A stretch of 64,000 nucleotides of DNA from an uncultured Kiritimatiellota bacterium (GCA_944389945.1 CALXOF010000011.1:539-64538); one strand, 5' to 3'; shown: positions 40,206-49,045, numbered from the stretch's first letter. Numbers and translations: made by a program. The notes: a model not told the origin generated them from the letters alone.

Positions 40206-41777
40206 ATGGGACAGAAAATCGCACAGGGTGTCTATGACTTCCGCATCATGCGGGAGGATGGCTACGTCTATGTGGACAAGACGGCGTTGCTGGGCGACTT
40301 GGTCACCGGCGGGCGCGATGCCTACTATTTCATCTCCCGTCCGCGGCGTTTCGGCAAGTCGCTCATGCTCTCCACGCTGAAGTACATCTTCCAGGGCAAG
40401 CGCGACCTCTTCAAGGGCCTTGCCATCGACAAGATGGACTACGACTGGGCGGAGTATCCCGTGTTGCACTTCTCCTTCGCCGGCATCAAGGTCAAAACGT
40501 TGGAAGCCTTTGAAAGAAATTTCTGCCTCCGTGTCAAGAAAGTGTTGACCGAGGCAGAATGTTCCTGGAATGAAGAGGCGTCCCCCGATGCGAACTTCAA
40601 TCAAGCCATCACAGAGCTTGCCAAAAAGAAGGGCAAGCCCGTGGTGATTCTCATTGACGAGTACGACGCGCCGGTGGGCCATGCCTTGGCTGACGCCAAA
40701 CTTGCCTCGGACATTAGGCAGGACCTCTCTGATTTCTATATCCAAATCAAGGAATGTGCCTCAGACGTCCGCTTTATGATGATGACGGGCGTCACGCGCT
40801 TTGCCCAACTCTCCGTCTTCTCCGCACTGAACAATCTCAACGACCTGACGATGGATGCGCGTTACGCCACGCTGTTGGGTTACACCGAGGAGGAGTTGGA
40901 CGCCAACTTTGATGAGGACCTGCGCGAGCACGCTGAAATCATGGACCTTTCCTATGAGGACTACCGAGCCGAACTCCGCCGGTGGTATAACGGCTACCGT
41001 TTCGCCAAGAACAACCCCGTGCGGGTCTACAATCCCGTCGCCATCGCCAAGACCCTCGGCCCGAAAGAGCCGACCTTTGCGCCCACGTGGTCGAAGACCG
41101 GAACCCCTTCCGTACTGATTAACTATCTGTCCGACCACGAACTGACGGAGATGGATTACGACAACGTGGAGAACATCTCCGAAGATGACCTCGACATCTG
41201 CCGCTTGGAGGCCATCTTGCCGGTCTCCATCCTCTATCAAAGCGGTTACCTCACCATCAAGGACTATTCCGAATGGGGCTTTACCCTTGGCGTCCCTAAC
41301 GAAGAGGTCCGCCGTGGTCTCGCCTTGCTCTTGGCTCAGTATGCCACCAAGGGTTTTGCGGTCGACTATCATGGTTCGCTCTGCACGCTTCTCAGCAAAT
41401 GCGACTTCCAAGGCTTTTTCGCCAAGCTCAAGGCGCTCTATGCACACCTGACCTACGGTTCCACTGAGATACACGTACACGAATCCAGTTACCTGCGTCC
41501 GCTCTATGCTCTGTTGGCCTCGCACCCCGCCCTCCGCGTGATTGCCGAGGATACGCAGGCCAAGGGACGTGCCGACCTCGTGGTCGAGAGCCAACGTAAC
41601 ATCTACGTCTTTGAGCTCAAGGTCGACAAAACCGCCGCCGAGGCCCTCGCGCAAATCAAAGAACGCGGCTATGCCGAGCCTTACAAAGCCCTGGGTAAGC
41701 CCATCCACCTCATCGGCCTCAACTTCAAATCCGCGACCCACTCCCTCGACGACGCCGTGGTCGAACCGTTGGCGTAA
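40206..41777 (+). CDS. AAA-ATPase-like domain protein with PD-(D/E)XK-like C-terminal domain, paralog 2
   Basis: MGQKIAQGVYDFRIMREDGYVYVDKT; ISRPRRFGKSLMLSTLKYIFQGKRDLFKGLAIDKMDYDWAEYP; C-terminal GRADLVVESQRNIYVFELKVDKT. Confidence 0.85.
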   Translation: MGQKIAQGVYDFRIMREDGYVYVDKTALLGDLVTGGRDAYYFISRPRRFGKSLMLSTLKYIFQGKRDLFKGLAIDKMDYDWAEYPVLHFSFAGIKVKTLEAFERNFCLRVKKVLTEAECSWNEEASPDANFNQAITELAKKKGKPVVILIDEYDAPVGHALADAKLASDIRQDLSDFYIQIKECASDVRFMMMTGVTRFAQLSVFSALNNLNDLTMDARYATLLGYTEEELDANFDEDLREHAEIMDLSYEDYRAELRRWYNGYRFAKNNPVRVYNPVAIAKTLGPKEPTFAPTWSKTGTPSVLINYLSDHELTEMDYDNVENISEDDLDICRLEAILPVSILYQSGYLTIKDYSEWGFTLGVPNEEVRRGLALLLAQYATKGFAVDYHGSLCTLLSKCDFQGFFAKLKALYAHLTYGSTEIHVHESSYLRPLYALLASHPALRVIAEDTQAKGRADLVVESQRNIYVFELKVDKTAAEALAQIKERGYAEPYKALGKPIHLIGLNFKSATHSLDDAVVEPLA

Positions 41778-41783
41778 GGCGGA

Positions 41784-41884
41784 CCGCCTCCCTCCATCTC
41801 GCCCCGAGAACTACATCCTCCGCGCCACCTACGCCCTCACCTTGGCCCGCGCCAACAAGCTCGAGGAGGCCCGCGAAGCCAGAT
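41784..41884 (+). pseudogene. About 100-bp fragment homologous to the 3' coding end of the TPR membrane protein gene (35687-39604)
   Basis: Encodes ENYILRATYALTLARANKLEEAREA, compared with ANYVLRATYALTLARAGKLEEAREA near the C-terminus of the full gene. About 88% nt identity over about 85 bp; opposite orientation to the full gene. Confidence 0.6.
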
Positions 41885-42050
41885 GGGCTAACGCCGGTCG
41901 CTTTGCGGCTAAACGCCCGCTGATCGCTCCCCCCCACCCATCGTCTTCGCGCTTGGGCCGTCTTAAGAAGCCCTTTTGCGCAGGAAAGAGGGGTGTGGGA
42001 GGGCGCACGACTGTGCGCCCGGCGTTAGCGCCCCACCTTTCCTGCAAGAT

Positions 42051-42089
42051 TTGCGTCTTTGCGGTCTCCATTTTCCCCGGACAGGATTG
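42051..42089 (+). repeat. 39-bp direct repeat TTGCGTCTTTGCGGTCTCCATTTTCCCCGGACAGGATTG (left copy; right copy at 49007-49045)
   Basis: Perfect 39/39 identity between the two copies, which bracket the low-GC island. A diverged reverse-orientation copy lies at about 5960-6000. Confidence 0.85.
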
Positions 42090-42122
42090 ATCGCGCCCCT
42101 GAAGGGGCGCTCAAAGAAGTCC
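42090..42122. repeat. Right 28-bp inverted repeat partner of 40004-40036
   Basis: GATCGCGCCCCTGAAGGGGCGCTCAAAG. Confidence 0.75.
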
Positions 42123-42345
42123 GATATACACTCCTACATTCAATTGTTAAAGATCAATCGCGGTGTAATGCTTAGTACCACGCCTCCTTACCAAAGGCCT
42201 GTCATTCGCCCTCCCTCTAAATCCCCACAACTTCTTCATTCCCATACCTATTCGCCATCTCCAAAATCTGTCACTGGCAGAGGGCGTTCCCTTCTGCCCA
42301 CCTTAGAGATGATAATTAGCATAATACTTCTCTTGTTACATCTCA

Positions 42346-42906
42346 CTAGTCACGAGGCCGCGTGTAGGGCACGGGGCCATAACGATTGGATCTCGGGTCA
42401 CTGGGATATAACAACATAATAAAAAGTGTAATCCAACCTATAATCGGGAGGAAATGCAGATACCACCATCCACCAGAGAAGTTCGCGTCATGCAACCTTC
42501 TGACCGTCAGCGAGATGCTTGGGATGCATGTAACAAGAACATAGAGAGAGATTACGATTCCTATGGGCGTACCAATGAAATAGCTTGAGTTTTCGTGATC
42601 ATAGAGAATTAAGACAAGCGCGTCCGGTAGAGCGAAGAGAATCCTCATCCACCAGTATTCTGCGCGAGAAGCACGCCCATTCAATGACCAATGAGTCCAA
42701 TACCCCATCCACGCCTCATCGAATGAGGCAATCCGTTGTGGACCTGCCGGGACTTCCTCTTCTCTTGGTACGTATTGTTGATTTTCCCTAGGAGGTGGCG
42801 TGCGCGGTGAATTCGCCTTACGGTCACTTGTTGGCCGTGTCCGTCTTTGTTGCTTGGCGTGCTTTTGCCCAATATGCTCTTTCAAGAATCGTTCCGCTTC
42901 ACTCAT
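42346..42906 (-). CDS. DUF805-family inner-membrane protein
   Basis: RASRAEYWW..RRLHD and 3-4 TM helices fit DUF805 (YhaH/YjdF-like), with an extra about 70-aa basic, P-rich N-terminal extension. Overlaps the upstream gene stop by 8 bp. Lies in the low-GC island. Confidence 0.65.
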   Translation of the reverse strand: MSEAERFLKEHIGQKHAKQQRRTRPTSDRKANSPRTPPPRENQQYVPREEEVPAGPQRIASFDEAWMGYWTHWSLNGRASRAEYWWMRILFALPDALVLILYDHENSSYFIGTPIGIVISLYVLVTCIPSISLTVRRLHDANFSGGWWYLHFLPIIGWITLFIMLLYPSDPRSNRYGPVPYTRPRD

Positions 42907-44005
42907 GGTCGCCCTCCTTATCTTTTCGGGCAGTAGGGATAGGAGTTCGTTGCATACGATTATTCTGCATCTGTGGTAATGACAAGCGCTCCATCACGAG
43001 ATCCCTTCCTTGACGTTGGCTGAAGGGGGAGTCTAAATGCTTTGATTGCGCGTTATTCGCAGAATTTGTCTCTTTTCTGTCGGGGACAACCTTATCTATT
43101 CCCTTTGGTTGGTTTTTGGGTGTTTCGACATCTTTATCTGGCGCTACTGATGGCTTCGCTTTTGTTGCCCCGTTTTGTTCTGCATTCATTTCTTGCAACG
43201 CATTCCGAGTTTGCTCCAACTCGATTACGAGGGCGTCTCGCTCTTTCTGTACTGTCGCATACTCTTCCGTAAGAGTTTCTAGCGTGCGTTTGGTGCTTTG
43301 CCATTGCCAAATGGTCCATCCCAACGCAGCGAGGGCCAAGAGCGTCGTAATCGCACAAGCAATTGTAATGGTCACACCAATAGAAGGCGTTTTAGACGAC
43401 TTTGGTACGCTGTGAGTAGATGCTACCCTGATTGAATTGGTCTGAGAAGGTCGTTTCAGAGTCGGGATTTTCCCAACATCGTGTGATACATGTGGGAATG
43501 AAGTTTTGACTTGCACGGATTCTCCCGGCGCGGATCTACGTAGGGTCGCCGAGGCTGTCGCTGGCAATGCTGCGACAAGCGCGCCAACCGAAACAAAATC
43601 AGACATCTTTGTGGGAATTGCGGATAAAGGCGACTGCGTTTGCCCATCGGCCTCGGCTTCGAAGAATGCTTGTGGGGCATGAGTCGGTTCGGCAAGTGCC
43701 GAATCGGCAAGAAGTGCCTCGAAATCCGTTGAAGCGGCATCTTCCCGTGTCACCCAGGTAACTGCCAGATAGGTCGCGTCCCGTCCACGGAAGTCCCATC
43801 CCGGCACACTCTGACACCGCATCGCGAAGACACGGTCGGGGGTAATCCAAATCCCCTCGAACCCGGCCTCACCTGCATCGAAGTCCGGCAATCCGCCAAA
43901 AGCTTTCCGGCAACCATCAAGGGAGGCAAAGTCAATCTCTGAGCGCGGATACTTCCAGTTCAACCCATGTTCCGCCGTATAAATGGCCAGAGGATATAGT
44001 CCCAT
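42899..44005 (-). CDS. Single-pass membrane protein: unknown about 230-aa N-terminal cytoplasmic domain, TM, coiled coil, disordered S/K/P-rich tail
   Basis: Start MGLYPLAIYTAEHGLNWKYPRSEIDF lies 2 bp after the PrsW-like gene stop. TM segment IGVTITIACAITTLLALAALGWTIWQW; coiled coil TLETLTEEYATVQKERDALVIELEQTRNALQEMNAEQ. No family recognised. Confidence 0.55.
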   Translation of the reverse strand: MGLYPLAIYTAEHGLNWKYPRSEIDFASLDGCRKAFGGLPDFDAGEAGFEGIWITPDRVFAMRCQSVPGWDFRGRDATYLAVTWVTREDAASTDFEALLADSALAEPTHAPQAFFEAEADGQTQSPLSAIPTKMSDFVSVGALVAALPATASATLRRSAPGESVQVKTSFPHVSHDVGKIPTLKRPSQTNSIRVASTHSVPKSSKTPSIGVTITIACAITTLLALAALGWTIWQWQSTKRTLETLTEEYATVQKERDALVIELEQTRNALQEMNAEQNGATKAKPSVAPDKDVETPKNQPKGIDKVVPDRKETNSANNAQSKHLDSPFSQRQGRDLVMERLSLPQMQNNRMQRTPIPTARKDKEGDHE

Positions 44006-44007
44006 CG

Positions 44008-45072
44008 TCACACTCCTTTCGGTGCCATTCCCCAAGCCGCAACTTGAGTTGCACCTCGTTTTGCAAGGTAAAAGATCAGAATCCACAGTGCCAAACAACC
44101 CCATCGCACTGGACCTTGCGCTGGTCCGTGTACCGGCACAATCATATTCCAAATGCAATGAATGACCGCCATGCCAATCAAAACCGCCCAAGGAAGCCAC
44201 CCTCCGAGAGCCAGCCATCCGATACGATTCGGACCGCGGGTTGCCCACATTGCCCCGCCAAGCGCACCGGTCCAAGCCAAATGCATCAATGGTGAGAGTA
44301 GGCCTCTTACCAAAAGAACCAATGTGGAGGGGGCGCCACCTTCACCATATCCATAGGCATAACCTATGGTTTCGAAGATGGCGAAGCCAGAGCCTACGCA
44401 GACTCCAAGGGCCAATCCAGAGAAAATCCCGGGGAATTGCTTGCTGAACATCGCCAGAATCAAAAGAACCAATCCTTTGGCGGGTTCTTCTATCAGCCCT
44501 GCGAGTTCAGCAGCAGGAGGGATTTCCAATAATTCCCATAAAAAGAGTGACAAAAATAGTGATAGAAACCCTCCTAGTATTGTCACTAATGCGGCAACCC
44601 ACCAGGTGACACGCCGTGTCACATCCATCTCGCAAAAGAGCGTGATGGCAGTCACAGGGATACAGGCCGCCATCACACAGGTATACAACCAGTGAAAGCC
44701 TGGTTCCACTGCCATCAACATCCACAATACGATGCACGTGGCCACCCCAGCACCCAGCACCCACCTCCACCGCCAACTCCATGGACGCCCCAACAGGCGA
44801 AACCAAGCATCGACCGGACATTCCACCGGCATATGTTTTGTTTCAGGCCATGGAGAGTCCCAATTGTTTCTCTCTTGCTCTTCATCTTGTTGAGAGAAAA
44901 TATAGTCCCATTCGTCTTCCCGTGTATTCTCTTCCGTCTCTCTCCATTCTGTCCGCTGCTGTGACTTAGAGGAATGCTCTTCTGGTCTAGGCCGAACCAC
45001 AGAGTGATACGTCGCCTTGTGGCCTTGTTCTCCGGAGAAGCGGCGTGCCAAAAAGTTGTCTTTTTGATTCAT
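44008..45072 (-). CDS. PrsW-family (CPBP-like) intramembrane glutamic protease
   Basis: Multi-TM protein with EEPAKG (EExxK), FAIFETIGY (FxxxE) and HLAWTGALGG motifs characteristic of PrsW-family proteases, plus an acidic about 100-aa N-terminal region. Confidence 0.65.
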   Translation of the reverse strand: MNQKDNFLARRFSGEQGHKATYHSVVRPRPEEHSSKSQQRTEWRETEENTREDEWDYIFSQQDEEQERNNWDSPWPETKHMPVECPVDAWFRLLGRPWSWRWRWVLGAGVATCIVLWMLMAVEPGFHWLYTCVMAACIPVTAITLFCEMDVTRRVTWWVAALVTILGGFLSLFLSLFLWELLEIPPAAELAGLIEEPAKGLVLLILAMFSKQFPGIFSGLALGVCVGSGFAIFETIGYAYGYGEGGAPSTLVLLVRGLLSPLMHLAWTGALGGAMWATRGPNRIGWLALGGWLPWAVLIGMAVIHCIWNMIVPVHGPAQGPVRWGCLALWILIFYLAKRGATQVAAWGMAPKGV

Positions 45073-45102
45073 CGTGGCAGAACCTTTGCGTCAAGACCTG
45101 AT

Positions 45103-47271
45103 TCAGAAGCCATAGCGCATACGAGCGCGTACGCGTTCAAGTGCCTTTTTTGCGTTTTCCTCCCCCACGTTGTAATTTTGCTTAGCGGCTTCCTTATACC
45201 ATTTCTCAGCTTCCTTAAGTTTATTCAATTCTTCATAGGCGACGCCAAGATAGTATTGCGCAGAGGCGTCCCCGCGCTTGGCGCGTGGTAAAATATAATT
45301 GACGGCTGTTGTGCAGTTCTTTTGGACACCGGTTCCGGTCAAATACATCATGCCCAAGTAAAATTGCGCATAATCGTCTCCGTTGTTCATAGCCATTTGA
45401 AGCCAACGAAGCGCTTCCGAATAAGAGACGGACACACCCCAGCCTTGGCAATACATGATTCCTAACACGCGTTGCGCCGCTGCATTTCCTTGCTCTGCGG
45501 GTTGAAGGAATAATCTGGCGGCCTCTTGGTAAGATTGGATAACCCCTTGCCCATTATAATAGAGACAGGCCAATTCATATTGTGCATCAACATAGCCTTG
45601 ATCTGCGGCCCTTTGATACCATCCCGCAGCTTTGGGATAAGACTGGGGAACGCCTGTCCCATTTGCGTAATGCACTGCCAAGTTATATTGCGCGGCAGGC
45701 ACGCCCTGGATTGCCGCTTTCGTATAATAATCTATGGCAACAGTGGTCGATGCATTAACCCCATATCCATTGTCGTACATCACGCCTAACAGATTGTAGG
45801 CCTTCCCATAATTTTGGTCGGCGGCCTTCCACAACCATTTTAAGGCTTCTTGATAGGAGCGTTGGCCTCCGGTTCCCAGAAAATAGGCTTCGGCGAGTTT
45901 ATATTGAGCCTCTGGGAGGTCTTCTTCCGCTGCTTTTAGGTACCACTCAACGGCCTTGTCCCATGATTGTTCAACTCCTAAACCCTTTTCATAAAGGTTG
46001 CCCAAGTTGGTCTGCGCATACAGATGACCTTGTTCTGCTGCTTGTTGATACCAATGAAAGGCCATCGCGTACGACTGCTCCACGCCATTACCATATTCAT
46101 ACAGGAGGCCAAGCAAATTTTGTGCAACGGGCTCTCCTCCTTCCGCAGCTTTCTCATACCAATCTGCGGCTTGAGACATGGATTGTCTCACACCCCTCCC
46201 ATTTGAATAGGCCCATCCAAGGTCCGTGTGAGCAACAAGGTCGCCGGCGTTCGCGGCTTTACGAAGCCAACGAAGACCATTTCGGTCGGATTGGAGACTT
46301 CCTTTTGAAAACAAATACAACTCGCCCAATAAACGCATGGCGATGACATTGTCTTGCTCTGCGGACCGTTTAAACCACTTTTGGGCTTCTGTTTCAGATT
46401 GGTCTACGCCATCCCCATTCTGATAGCATTCTCCAAGACGCATTTGCGCCTCCGCATTGCCTTGTTCTGCAGATTTACGAAACCATTCCGCTGCGCGCAT
46501 ATTTGACTGTTCAACCCCCTTGCCAAGCGCGTAGGCGTATGCGACAATGAGTTGGGCTTCTTCGTCTCCTTTTCCCGCCAAAGAGTGCCATACGATAAAT
46601 GCCTTTTCGGGAGATTTCTCAACGCCAAGTCCTTCTTCATACAGGACGGCGAGAATCCATTGGGCAAATGGATTATCCATATTGGCGGCTTTTAGTATCC
46701 AGGGAAATGCTTTTCCGTAGTCTTGCGGGACAAGTATCCCTTTACAATATACCTCCCCAAGCGCGACCATTGCCTCTAGATAGTCCTTGTTTGCCGCGTT
46801 TGTCAGCCAGGTGACCATCGCGTTGCCGTCTTTGGGAAGCGAGTTGTCTTTCAATCTTCCAGTGTCTGTTTCGTACCCATAATGGCGGGCCACATAAAAA
46901 CAAACCTCCGCAGAGGCGTGCACGACAGCATCATCACCTGCGGCAGAAAGAAGGTTGTCCAGCGTCACATGGGCATCACTCAAGCAGGTCTCAAAGTCGT
47001 TGTTATGTAGAGGGCATATCTGAAGCGTGGTGGACTCTCTGTCCTCAAATCCAAAGTTCGCGCAAAGGGCAAGGCGACATTGTGCCGTTTCGTTGGCTCT
47101 GTTGGCGGCTTCTCGATAACAATTATATGCGCTGGCGTCACCTGATTGTAGGAGCGTGTCGCCACGTTCACAGTAAGCATCCGCACGATAGGACCGAATG
47201 AGCGGACGAGCGATGAAAGCTGACAACAGAAGAATGACTTCTATGACAATGATGGGGGTAATTTTTTGCAT
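45103..47271 (-). CDS. Sel1-repeat (SLR) protein, 722 aa, N-terminally membrane-anchored
   Basis: N-terminal TM/signal anchor ITPIIVIEVILLLSAFIA, then about 19 tandem Sel1-like repeats (G.GV.QS...A..WY.KAAEQG). GC is clearly lower than window average. Confidence 0.85.
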   Translation of the reverse strand: MQKITPIIVIEVILLLSAFIARPLIRSYRADAYCERGDTLLQSGDASAYNCYREAANRANETAQCRLALCANFGFEDRESTTLQICPLHNNDFETCLSDAHVTLDNLLSAAGDDAVVHASAEVCFYVARHYGYETDTGRLKDNSLPKDGNAMVTWLTNAANKDYLEAMVALGEVYCKGILVPQDYGKAFPWILKAANMDNPFAQWILAVLYEEGLGVEKSPEKAFIVWHSLAGKGDEEAQLIVAYAYALGKGVEQSNMRAAEWFRKSAEQGNAEAQMRLGECYQNGDGVDQSETEAQKWFKRSAEQDNVIAMRLLGELYLFSKGSLQSDRNGLRWLRKAANAGDLVAHTDLGWAYSNGRGVRQSMSQAADWYEKAAEGGEPVAQNLLGLLYEYGNGVEQSYAMAFHWYQQAAEQGHLYAQTNLGNLYEKGLGVEQSWDKAVEWYLKAAEEDLPEAQYKLAEAYFLGTGGQRSYQEALKWLWKAADQNYGKAYNLLGVMYDNGYGVNASTTVAIDYYTKAAIQGVPAAQYNLAVHYANGTGVPQSYPKAAGWYQRAADQGYVDAQYELACLYYNGQGVIQSYQEAARLFLQPAEQGNAAAQRVLGIMYCQGWGVSVSYSEALRWLQMAMNNGDDYAQFYLGMMYLTGTGVQKNCTTAVNYILPRAKRGDASAQYYLGVAYEELNKLKEAEKWYKEAAKQNYNVGEENAKKALERVRARMRYGF

Positions 47272-47282
47272 AGCGCCCTCCT

Positions 47283-48464
47283 TTATGCGGTCGCGATGAC
47301 AAACCACCAAGCGATGAGTATCAGCACACCAAGTAAAATTGTGATGGCGATGGCTGCAAATCGTTTTTCACGAGAGTCGGCAGTGGCCTGCAGATAACGA
47401 GAAATCCCTGCCAAGAGCGCGTTTTTCCACCGAGCGCCGAGTTCGGTTTTCGGGTCACAATCGCAAAGCCTTTCGGCAAGGCCTTGTGATCCATGCCGGA
47501 CACAATCAAGCAATGCCCGGATATCCTTTTGTTCATCAGAGGAAAAGATGATGCCGTTCTCAACGAGTCCACGTTCTGAGAAAAACCACAATGCTACGGA
47601 AGCTTTACGTGCGGAGAGATAGGCATTCCAATCGTGGATAAGGGAGTGCGCATCCCGTTCGGACAGTGTTTCGCAAAAGTCCTTCCAGGCATGCGAAAAA
47701 GCCCTAAGCGCATTTTGCAATGCCTCAAAGGGGTTTTGAACACAGGGTGCGTCAACAAAACAACGCGCAAATAGGCCATCAAGTCCAAATGTCTCATGGG
47801 CCTCACCAATGGCGGAAACGGCAAGGACGTCTAGCGATGGGAAGTTTTTGGCGAGAAGGGGAAGGTAATGGGCAACATATGCTTGTGGGTCAAACTCCCC
47901 CATGCCAAGGTCGACGTAACGGTCGATTTGGGTGAGGAGGAGGGTGATTTGGGGGTGAGAGGGGAGGCGGTGGAGGTAGTCCAGGCAGGCGTTGGTGACC
48001 CAGACGGCATCAAGATTGGCGCCATTGCCGGCCACATCCTCCGCATCGGCAAGATTAAAAAGGACGAAAACCTGATCAGAGTCAATCAAATGCCCAAGGA
48101 GTGCGGAAATCTCCTCTTGGTTTGCGGCAACACGTTCGCGAAAGCCGTCTGGGTCTGGGTCGTCCTTTGCATCAAGGAAGGCCAAACGGTAGACTTCACC
48201 CGGATAATCGAGGATGTCCAACGTCCGTTGAACCTCGTCTTGGTATACCACACTCCATTGCAACTGTCGCAACGATGTGGTCTGGTGCGGCAGGCTGTTC
48301 CCGGAGACATTCTCCGGCACCTGCGAGAGAAAACGGAAGGCACCGCGGGTTTCAGGGCGCAGATACCACCCTTCAGCCTCGTGCGCCTTGAAGGCATTGA
48401 CGAGCGCCATTGTCAACACCGTCTTACCGGAACCTTCGACACCCAAAAAGGTTACATTTCCCAT
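47283..48464 (-). CDS. Ras-like/TRAFAC P-loop GTPase with C-terminal transmembrane tail anchor
   Basis: Start MGNVTFLGVEGSGKTVLTMAL (G1), DILDYPGE (G3 DxxG) and LLTQID (G4-like), a helical middle domain, and C-terminal TM FAAIAITILLGVLILIAWWFVIATA. AAGGAG Shine-Dalgarno box 7 nt upstream. Confidence 0.65.
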   Translation of the reverse strand: MGNVTFLGVEGSGKTVLTMALVNAFKAHEAEGWYLRPETRGAFRFLSQVPENVSGNSLPHQTTSLRQLQWSVVYQDEVQRTLDILDYPGEVYRLAFLDAKDDPDPDGFRERVAANQEEISALLGHLIDSDQVFVLFNLADAEDVAGNGANLDAVWVTNACLDYLHRLPSHPQITLLLTQIDRYVDLGMGEFDPQAYVAHYLPLLAKNFPSLDVLAVSAIGEAHETFGLDGLFARCFVDAPCVQNPFEALQNALRAFSHAWKDFCETLSERDAHSLIHDWNAYLSARKASVALWFFSERGLVENGIIFSSDEQKDIRALLDCVRHGSQGLAERLCDCDPKTELGARWKNALLAGISRYLQATADSREKRFAAIAITILLGVLILIAWWFVIATA

Positions 48465-49006
48465 GATATTCTCCTTATTGATGCCAATGGACAACACGAG
48501 GACCGGGCATGGTACACCATGCCGGATGGTTTACACGACAGATTCTGATTGCGACAGACAACATAAAAGGCGCACTCCGTTTGCACGTTCCCAAACAGAG
48601 GCCGACCAAAGCCCGCAAAAGAAAACGTACAAACAAAAGCACGCCAGGGGATAACCCTGACGCGCCTCCGCGGTACCTTCGCCTTTTGCGTAGAAATTGG
48701 TCGTTTCTGTTTGGCGACTGTATGCGAAAACGCATCCAAAGCGCTCCAAAGGGGGAGCCCTCTGGAGCTATGTGCCATAAGAATAGCTCATAACCCGAGC
48801 AACTGTCAACTCTCAATAGTGTTCGGGGAAGGTTTTGTCCATGTATATTGTTTTCCGCGCCTCGAAGAGGGGTAAAGTGTTCTGCCACACTGCCAGACCT
48901 TTTTCCTGTAGAAAAGATCACGAGGCGCGAAACGGAGGGCGGCGGGCGCGGTCAGCGGCGAAGCCGCAGAGCGGCCGATGGAGTCCGAAGCGGTTCGCGC
49001 CCACAG

Positions 49007-49045
49007 TTGCGTCTTTGCGGTCTCCATTTTCCCCGGACAGGATTG
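49007..49045 (+). repeat. 39-bp direct repeat, right copy (see 42051-42089)
   Basis: Identical 39-mer. Confidence 0.85.

Noticed and set aside
40004-42122. Annotating the IR-flanked AAA-ATPase/PD-(D/E)XK segment as an insertion sequence
   Set aside because: No recognisable transposase family (DDE, HUH, serine or tyrosine recombinase). The PD-(D/E)XK protein family is not an established transposase.
42051-49045. Calling the low-GC island a prophage or integrative element
   Set aside because: No integrase, recombinase, tRNA target or phage structural genes are recognisable. Only the compositional shift and flanking direct repeats are seen, so it is reported as a finding rather than as a mobile_element feature.
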